Source of the DNA: Desulforegula conservatrix Mb1Pa
Lineage (GTDB): Bacteria > Desulfobacterota > Desulfobacteria > Desulfobacterales > Desulforegulaceae
Direction: 5' to 3'
Assembly (NCBI RefSeq): GCF_000426225.1
Contig: NZ_AUEY01000092.1
Span: 1-13,985, forward strand
Length of the DNA: 13,985 bases
The translations under genes and the position numbers were made by a program. How positions within the stretch are numbered: position 1 is the first letter of the stretch; each line of letters starts with the position of its first letter. Below the pieces are notes generated by a model. It was not told the origin of the DNA. It saw only the letters and a list, made by a program, of their open reading frames with translations, and ran no database searches. Positions 8,485-13,985 of this stretch are shown here, piece after piece.

Positions 8485-8630
8485 TTGTGACTTTGGTCAA
8501 ATATTTTTTAATGTGCGAGGCATACAAAAACCTGTTTTTATTGAACTTGCAAATGGAATGATATTATGAAAAACAGTGTCACTTGATTTGAAATAATTCA
8601 CTTATTTGAATAAAAACAGGACTTGAAGAT

Positions 8631-9728
8631 ATGAAAGAAAAAAATCAGAAACCTATCTGGTTCAAGGAAGACGGCATTGTCTGCGCCATTGATCAGAGGC
8701 GGTTGCCCCATGAGTTTACCGTTCTTGAACTTAAAACCGTAGACGATGTAATCCACGCCCTAAAGACAATGGTTGTCAGGGGCGCTCCTTTGATTGGTCT
8801 CAGTGGCGCATGGGGAGTTTATATCGCTGTCTTTTCTGCTCCTGTTTCTGAAAACAGGGAAGAATATATAAAGTCAGAATGCCTCAGGGTAAAAAACGCA
8901 AGGCCTACGGCCGTCAATCTCGCATGGGCTGTTGATATGTGTCTTGAAGCAGTTCTTGAGGAAAAAGATCCTGCTTCCCAGCTAAGAATTGCAAAGGAGA
9001 AAGCTCTCTGGGTTGATGATTATGAATCAGAAAACTGCCGAAAAATAGGCGTTAACGGACTGGATATCATTAAAAAGATTTCAGAGGCAAAAAAAGGAAA
9101 GACAGTAAATATCCTCACCCACTGCAACGCAGGCTGGCTTGCATGCATTGCCCACGGTACGGCAACAGCTCCTGTCTACGCTGCATTTGACGCTGGAATC
9201 GATGTGCATGTCTGGGTGGATGAGACTCGTCCTTTAAATCAAGGCTCAAGGCTGACAGCGTGGGAGCTTGGTAAGCACGGAGTAAAGCATACTGTGATAG
9301 CAGATAATACCGGCGGCCATCTCATGCAGCATGGAATGGTCGATATGGTCATTGTAGGCACTGACAGAACAACCCGTGCAGGAGACGTGGCAAACAAGAT
9401 AGGAACCTACCTCAAGGCTCTGGCAGCAAAGGATAACGGAATTCCATTTTATGTCGCTCTTCCTTCTTCGACCTTTGACTGGACAATCACAGACGGATTG
9501 AAAGATATTCCTATAGAAGAACGTAATCCCGATGAAATCAGATATGTGCAGGGATTTAATGACGGAAGGATAATTAGTGTCCTTGTTCCGCCCGAGAACA
9601 GTCCTGCCGCAGATTATGCCTTTGACGTAACGCCTGCAAGACTTGTTACCGGCTTTATCACTGAAAATGGCGTTTGCGGGGCAAGCGAGAAAGAAATTCT
9701 TTCATTATTTCCAGATAAAAAGAGATGA
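8631..9728 (+). CDS. mtnA: S-methyl-5-thioribose-1-phosphate isomerase (eIF-2B alpha/beta/delta-like family)
   Basis: 365 aa. RGAPLIG, THCNAGWLAC (catalytic Cys) and VGTDRTTRAGDVANKIGTY (catalytic Asp) match MtnA signatures. RBS AGGA 9 nt upstream. Confidence 0.82.
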   Translation: MKEKNQKPIWFKEDGIVCAIDQRRLPHEFTVLELKTVDDVIHALKTMVVRGAPLIGLSGAWGVYIAVFSAPVSENREEYIKSECLRVKNARPTAVNLAWAVDMCLEAVLEEKDPASQLRIAKEKALWVDDYESENCRKIGVNGLDIIKKISEAKKGKTVNILTHCNAGWLACIAHGTATAPVYAAFDAGIDVHVWVDETRPLNQGSRLTAWELGKHGVKHTVIADNTGGHLMQHGMVDMVIVGTDRTTRAGDVANKIGTYLKALAAKDNGIPFYVALPSSTFDWTITDGLKDIPIEERNPDEIRYVQGFNDGRIISVLVPPENSPAADYAFDVTPARLVTGFITENGVCGASEKEILSLFPDKKR

Positions 9729-9930
9729 TTTAAAATGATTTTGGTTCTGTTTTATTTTCGTTTGCGAGAGCCTTCGGCGAGTCGCTTTTTAAAAAAGCTC
9801 CGCAAAAACTTTATGCTTATGTGTTTTAGCGAATAAATTATGCAAGCATAGCTTGGAAACGCCAATTTTTTCGTTCCTAAAAATAAGACTGAAAATAGAG
9901 CATAGCCACGAAAATAATTTTGGGTTGTTT

Positions 9931-9990
9931 CAGGAAGTGCGCCGGTGAGCGGAAAACAACCCGGTGCACTTCCTTATTGTTTTTTAACAG
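9931..9990 (+). terminator. Strong plus-strand intrinsic terminator ~200 nt downstream of mtnA
   Basis: ggaagtgcgccgg / ccggtgcacttcc form a 13-bp stem (one G·U), with loop tgagcggaaaacaac, followed by TTATTGTTTTTT. The reverse strand has no T-run, so it acts on the plus strand only. Confidence 0.55.
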
Positions 9991-10006
9991 AAGGAGAGGG
10001 AATCTG

Positions 10007-10894
10007 TTAAAAAATGTAAGTATATCTTGCTCCGAAACGGCTTGTTTTTGAGCCGTTTTCCACGCTCAAGTCTTCGAGGTACTGGAGAAGAAGTCTTTGT
10101 TTTGGCGCCGGTGTAACTCCAAGTGTAAACTGAAGAGAGTGGGTTTCAGCCTCATCATCCATTGCGACATCTGCCACTGTGGTTTCCCCGCCTTTTTTGT
10201 AATAGTGGTCGAGTGAAACAAGCACGGTTTTGCTTATGTCATAGCTAAGATGGGTTTCCATTGCGAATGTCGGATCTTTTTCAAGAGTCGCACTGGCAGC
10301 TCCTGAATCACTGTTGTCAGTATAGAATTCAATATAAGGTGAAAGCTCAAGATAGAAATCACCCCAGCCTTTAACGAATCCAATCTCTGATTTGAAAGCC
10401 CATTGATTTGCCCCCATATTGAGGACTCTTTTATTGTCATACTCACCCAGCGGCATCTTGAACCATTCAGTTATACCAAGCCATGTTTTTGTCTCCGGAT
10501 TACTGATGGGCCATATGCCTGCAAGGATTGTGGGGTCTGCGAGTCCTGACGAAGAAAACGATTTGTTGCCTACGCTGGTACCGTCAACTGTTATGTCTCC
10601 AAATGGTATTAGGGCCTGGATTGTCGCAGGCATGGAAGCAAGGGTAGTGTAATAGACGGGCCTGAATATCTGGGTATTTGCTGAAAGATTGAAGTCGTCA
10701 GCAACCTTGTCGCCATCTTTGTATTTTTCAAAACCCGAAGTGTGCCAGTAATAAAAAAGAACGCCAACCGTATCAGCCGGTGCAGGAATATATCCCCTTG
10801 TGTCACCAGCCATTGAGGCTGTCCACGTTGTAGCAAGGATAAGGGTGGATAACAGGAACGATTTTGTGAAAGACGTAAATTTATTTCTGGCCAT
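10007..10894 (-). CDS. Outer-membrane beta-barrel protein (possibly MetA-pathway/phenol-degradation-like transporter family; family uncertain)
   Basis: 295 aa. Cleavable signal peptide (…ATTWTASMA/GD). Alternating amphipathic strands. C-terminus …GARYTYIF ends in Phe, the beta-barrel signature. RBS AGAGGAG 7 nt upstream. Confidence 0.6.
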   Translation of the reverse strand: MARNKFTSFTKSFLLSTLILATTWTASMAGDTRGYIPAPADTVGVLFYYWHTSGFEKYKDGDKVADDFNLSANTQIFRPVYYTTLASMPATIQALIPFGDITVDGTSVGNKSFSSSGLADPTILAGIWPISNPETKTWLGITEWFKMPLGEYDNKRVLNMGANQWAFKSEIGFVKGWGDFYLELSPYIEFYTDNSDSGAASATLEKDPTFAMETHLSYDISKTVLVSLDHYYKKGGETTVADVAMDDEAETHSLQFTLGVTPAPKQRLLLQYLEDLSVENGSKTSRFGARYTYIF

Positions 10895-11462
10895 GTAATA
10901 CTCCTCTCTTGAATTCTGGTTTGTTTAAGTTTCAATCAAATTGTTATCATCCGAATGATTTGGACAGGCCTGTATAGTCAGGCCTGATTTTTCCTTGGAT
11001 TGGAAACCGATTTAGTTGCTTAATTAGCCCGGTTTTTTATGTGAATAAGACTGATGCTCGACGCCGGTTTTATCGTCTGTAAAAAAAATCAAAATCCAGG
11101 AAGGAGATTGAGGTTGTTTTATGCAAACGGTGTTTTGTTTACAGACAATAATAAACTTAGCAATACGCATGCCGGATTAAAGTGAATGAAGCAATTTATA
11201 CTTTTTAATCATAAAAAGCCATACTAAAGCCCGCTTTTATAAGTCTGTATAGGCTATGGGCATATTCGGAAAAACGTTGCGAATAGATTTGTCACGTTGT
11301 TTTGTCGCCATATGGTTATTTATTGTCGTATTATTAGACAGAAGAGGGTTGAGATATTTGGAATAATAGAATGCTATTTTCCATAAAGCGATTAAATCTC
11401 TAATGAGATGTAAAGGTGTTATGGGTAACTGAAAAGATTGGATGCAGGATCAATCAAGTCCT

Positions 11463-11493
11463 TTTTAGTTTTTTTTGCGAGTCCATCAGATAC
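11463..11493 (+). repeat. ~30-nt intergenic motif, copy B (see 535-564)
   Basis: cctttttagttttttttgcgagtccatcagatact. Confidence 0.45.
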
Positions 11494-11502
11494 TTCAGGT
11501 TT

Positions 11503-11524
11503 CCGGCCTGCGCCGGAATGACGG
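11503..11524. repeat. Near-palindromic GC-rich core, copy 2 (see 1221-1241)
   Basis: ccggcctgcgccggaatgacgg. Confidence 0.45.
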
Positions 11525-11550
11525 TAATAGGACTGTCAGGATTGATAAAT

Positions 11551-11583
11551 AAAAAAAGCCCTGCCTTTACAGCAGGGCTTTTT
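11551..11583. terminator. Bidirectional intrinsic terminator downstream of dsrC copy 1
   Basis: AAAAAAA-gccctgc-ctttaca-gcagggc-TTTTT. Perfect 7-9 bp GC stem with an A-run on one side and a T-run on the other. It terminates minus-strand dsrC and any plus-strand transcript. Confidence 0.7.
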
Positions 11584-11623
11584 AAAATCTGATATTCAAA
11601 CAGATTCAACTAAAACAATCTGG

Positions 11624-11944
11624 CTATACGCAACCGGTTGGTTTTGGGAGACCAGCCATTTTGCAAGCTCCTTTTCCTGGTCCTGAAGGGAACAGTTCAT
11701 AGATGTGCTTAAGCTTGAAACCTGTGAGTTTTGAAAGAACGCGAACCATTGGTGCAATGCCGTTCTTCTTGTAGTAATCCTGAAGAACGTTAATTACCTG
11801 CCAATGTTCGTCAGAAAGAGTTTCGATACCTTCTTCCTTTTTGCAGTAATCAACCCACTCTGCAGTGTAGGTATTGAAATCTTCGAGGAAACCATCCTCA
11901 TCAACTACGAACGTCTTGCCCTGAAAATCTACATTTGTTGCCAT
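11624..11944 (-). CDS. dsrC: DsrC (dissimilatory sulfite reductase gamma subunit, sulfur-carrier protein)
   Basis: 106 aa ending …IAPMVRVLSKLTGFKLKHIYELFPSGPGKGACKMAGLPKPTGCV. Both conserved C-terminal-arm cysteines (CysB 11 residues before CysA, CysA penultimate) are present, which distinguishes true DsrC from TusE. RBS AAAGGAGAG 5 nt upstream. Only 12 nt separates it from the upstream IscA-like gene. Confidence 0.93.
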   Translation of the reverse strand: MATNVDFQGKTFVVDEDGFLEDFNTYTAEWVDYCKKEEGIETLSDEHWQVINVLQDYYKKNGIAPMVRVLSKLTGFKLKHIYELFPSGPGKGACKMAGLPKPTGCV

Positions 11945-11956
11945 GATCTCTCCTTT

Positions 11957-12280
11957 TTAGTTGCTGCCGCATGAGCTTCCGCAGCTGCAGCCAGAGCATC
12001 CGCCACTTTCAAACTTCATGGGCGAGTTCACAGAAAAACCGTCCGCTTCTGTGAATTCAACGGATATTGGCTGAGCAGCAGCAAAAAACTCTTTTTCAAT
12101 TATATAGGTTATATCTTCTATTTTTATGACCTCGTCGCCTTCGCTGAGTTCATCAAAAGCCATAGCTATCTGTGGGCCACCACATCCTCCGGAATGGAGA
12201 AAAATTCTTACAGGAGCCGCGTCCCTGTTTTCAAGAAAAATTTTTATCTGTTTTGTGGCAGCTGGTGTAACAGTTAACAT
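11957..12280 (-). CDS. IscA/HesB-family (A-type Fe-S carrier-like) protein with a C-terminal Cys/Gly/Ser-rich extension
   Basis: 107 aa from ATG 12278-12280 (RBS AGGAAA 7 nt upstream; the track's longer ORF begins at a TTG with no RBS). Aligns to IscA: LTVTPAATKQIKIFLENR ~ ITLSDSAAARVNTFLANR; HSGGCGGPQIAMAFDE ~ TSGCSGMAYVLEF; tail …ESGGCSGCSCGSSCGSN replaces the canonical CGCGESF. Confidence 0.62.
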   Translation of the reverse strand: MLTVTPAATKQIKIFLENRDAAPVRIFLHSGGCGGPQIAMAFDELSEGDEVIKIEDITYIIEKEFFAAAQPISVEFTEADGFSVNSPMKFESGGCSGCSCGSSCGSN

Positions 12281-12545
12281 TTTGTTTCCTGATATCGGAT
12301 AGTTGTTAAAAACCTTGGCACCAGGGTGCTTCAGGAATGAATCCAAGAACTCTTACACTATTTATTTCTGAATGCAAACAATATATGCCTTTATAGCTCA
12401 TGACTCTTTGAAAAAAATGAATAACCCGGATAATTTAAGTGTTTGTCTTTCTAAAAATGGCCACTGGCATTCAAATATGTATTTAAGAATCATTCATCCA
12501 TTACCATGCCCGTGTTATTGAATACGGATTGAGCATCTATCGGTT

Positions 12546-13604
12546 TTATTCCATAGGAACAGTGCCGTCCTTGCTTTTTTTCATTTTTTCCATAAATGCG
12601 TCCGGGGATAGCTTTAAGACTTTTTTCCTTGCATCTTCTTCCTCTGCTTTTACCTTGGCATTTCTTTCAGATTCTTCAATTTTGATGGCTTCTGTATCAA
12701 ACTCTTTTATCAGCTTTGCTATTTGAGGATCTTCAGGCATTTCAAGGGCAAGTGTAATATTTTCAAGTGTACAAGATTCGGGGATATTTTTTTCATTCAA
12801 ATGTATTTTTAACATTCCGATACTTTCGCCGGACATGCTGTTTTGCACCATATAAGTATTTTTGATAAGTCTGGGCTCGAAGCTCAAATGCCGTCCATGC
12901 CCTGCTATTGCTACAAAAACTTTTTCCAGATCATTCATTTCCAGATAGTTTTTTGTCGCGTCGTCTCCCAGATGGGAAAGCAGAATTGAAAAATCTGCTT
13001 TCTTGTTCATTTCGGAAAGGGCTTTCTGCAATGCTCCATTCATGTCTCTATTAATTGAAACTTCTTTATTGATTGCTTCATCAGTAAAATATATGGAAGG
13101 AGTGATGCCTGTAATGCCAACTTTTAATCCGTTTAAATTAATGATTTTATATGGTTGGATGATATTGCCTTCATTTTTGCTTTTTTCTTCAGGTAAGCTT
13201 ATATTGGCTGATACAAAGGGCAGTGAATTCTTTTTCGCAATCCCAGTGAAAAACTGTTTGCCAAACCCAAGATCATAATCACCGATATTGACGGCGTCGT
13301 ATTTCATTATACCCATTGCCGTTGCTATGGTTTTGGCCCTTAGCTCGCCCGGGTTTTTATTTTTAAGAAACATGTCACCGCAATCAAGAACCAGAACGTT
13401 TTCGTTTTCCTTGCGGATTTTTTCAATAAATGCCGCCCTTCTTGATATACCGCCCTTTCTAGGGCTGCAACCACATGGCTCAATGGATCCGGCTGTGTCA
13501 CCTGAAAACAAAATAACAAGATCATTAGACTTTGCATACGACGGGGCTTGAAAAATTAATAAGCATAAGGCTGACAGCGCGGACAGGATAATCATTTTTT
13601 TCAT
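12546..13604 (-). CDS. Secreted 5'-nucleotidase/SoxB-family metallophosphatase N-terminal domain only, with degenerate active-site motifs and a K/E-rich C-terminal tail
   Basis: 352 aa. Signal peptide (…IFQAPSYA/KS). Aligns motif-by-motif to the UshA N-domain: ILFSGDTAGS (vs NDHHGH), VLDCGDMF (vs SGGDIN), AVNIGDYDLGFG (vs AIGNHEFDN), LPFVSANISL (vs PLLSANIYQ), LSHLG (vs ATHMG), IAGHGRH (vs VGGHSQD). An EPCGCS insert follows motif I. RBS AGGAGAAAGG. GC content is visibly lower than in neighbouring genes. Confidence 0.62.
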   Translation of the reverse strand: MKKMIILSALSALCLLIFQAPSYAKSNDLVILFSGDTAGSIEPCGCSPRKGGISRRAAFIEKIRKENENVLVLDCGDMFLKNKNPGELRAKTIATAMGIMKYDAVNIGDYDLGFGKQFFTGIAKKNSLPFVSANISLPEEKSKNEGNIIQPYKIINLNGLKVGITGITPSIYFTDEAINKEVSINRDMNGALQKALSEMNKKADFSILLSHLGDDATKNYLEMNDLEKVFVAIAGHGRHLSFEPRLIKNTYMVQNSMSGESIGMLKIHLNEKNIPESCTLENITLALEMPEDPQIAKLIKEFDTEAIKIEESERNAKVKAEEEDARKKVLKLSPDAFMEKMKKSKDGTVPME

Positions 13605-13670
13605 GGAAGACCTTTCTCCTATAATATGTTTTGTTAGCCAAGTGAAGGAACTTGGTTGCAGCTCTCCCGA

Positions 13671-13712
13671 ATAAAAAAGGATATTTTCCGTTTATAGAAA
13701 AATATCCCTCTT
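13671..13712 (-). terminator. Intrinsic terminator of dsrC copy 2 (minus strand)
   Basis: On the minus strand: ggatatttttc-tataaacg-gaaaatatcc followed by TTTTTT (plus-strand A-run 13673-13678). It sits 40-80 nt after the dsrC-2 stop. Confidence 0.65.
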
Positions 13713-13752
13713 TTAATTTAAATCCGAGCTTTCATGAACAGATTTTCTTAAC

Positions 13753-13985
13753 TATACGCAACCTGTCGGTTTTGGAAGTCCGGCCATTTTGCAAGCTCCC
13801 TTTCCTGGTCCTGACGGGAACAGTTCATAGATGTGCTTAAGCTTGAAACCTGTGAGTTTTGAAAGAACGCGAACCATTGGTGCAATGCCGTTCTTCTTGT
13901 AGTAGTCCTGAAGAACGTTAATTACCTGCCAATGTTCGTCAGAAAGAGTTTCGATACCTTCTTCCTTCTTGCAGTAATCAACCCA
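13753..13985 (-). CDS. dsrC: Second dsrC copy (3' 77 codons; the 5' end lies beyond the window)
   Basis: Stop at 13753-13755 (cta on plus). Translates …VDYCKKEEGIETLSDEHWQVINVLQDYYKKNGIAPMVRVLSKLTGFKLKHIYELFPSGPGKGACKMAGLPKPTGCV, identical in protein to copy 1 over the visible part. 13822-13985 is ~99% identical in DNA to 11688-11851. It is not in the ORF track because no start codon lies in the window. Confidence 0.9.

Noticed and set aside
10234-10935. ORFs 10234-10446-, 10419-10652+ and 10609-10935- overlapping the OMP gene
   Set aside because: They are alternate frames within the 295-aa signal-peptide/beta-barrel ORF and carry no motifs.
12315-12331. Sigma-54-like TGGCAC-N5-TGCT on the plus strand
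   Set aside because: The GG-to-GC spacing is one nt short of consensus. The orientation is antisense to the IscA-like gene, with no plus-strand gene downstream.
12529-13551. Plus-strand ORFs 12529-12726, 13003-13278 and 13288-13551, and minus ORF 13340-13537, inside the 352-aa gene
   Set aside because: They are antisense or alternate-frame within a CDS that aligns motif-by-motif to 5'-nucleotidases. The AT-rich sequence yields hydrophobic spurious frames.
13652-13840. 62-aa plus-strand ORF spanning the dsrC-2 terminator and the 3' end of dsrC-2
   Set aside because: It is antisense to a DsrC sequence that is protein-identical to copy 1, and it crosses an intrinsic terminator hairpin.
1-13985. 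tRNA genes, rRNA or CRISPR arrays
   Set aside because: No T-loop (GGTTCGAATCC-like) or cloverleaf candidates were found on either strand. There are no regularly spaced direct repeats with unique spacers. The only periodic repeat is the in-frame 222-nt coding repeat in the flotillin gene.

Overview
This 14 kb window looks chromosomal and most likely comes from a dissimilatory sulfur-metabolising bacterium, probably a sulfate-reducing Desulfobacterota-like organism. That assignment is an inference from a textbook DsrC ending ...ELFPSGPGKGACKMAGLPKPTGCV. Left to right the window holds: the 5' end of a minus-strand IS110-family (DEDD) transposase running off the window start, followed by a ~380 nt non-coding left end; two lipoprotein genes (DUF1499-like, and a 236-aa lipoprotein); a beta-class carbonic anhydrase; adenine deaminase; a convergent 836-aa flotillin/SPFH membrane protein whose N-terminal half is six tandem 74-aa (222 nt) repeats; a class-I glutamine amidotransferase-like protein; MtnA (methylthioribose-1-phosphate isomerase); a convergent outer-membrane beta-barrel protein; and then a minus-strand block made of dsrC, an IscA/HesB-like protein with a poly-Cys/Gly/Ser tail, a secreted truncated 5'-nucleotidase/SoxB-family metallophosphatase domain with degenerate catalytic motifs and an inserted CGC, and a second dsrC copy (partial at the right edge). 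The two dsrC copies are near-identical and differ only at synonymous sites. The strongest candidate for an undescribed system is this duplicated-dsrC-flanked two-gene cysteine-rich cassette. Other notable items are the repeat-expanded flotillin, a candidate IS110 bridge-RNA region, and two short motifs recurring in intergenic regions. ORF coordinates include the stop codon. Several of the longer ORFs in the supplied six-frame track lie antisense to or within confidently assigned genes and were treated as spurious.
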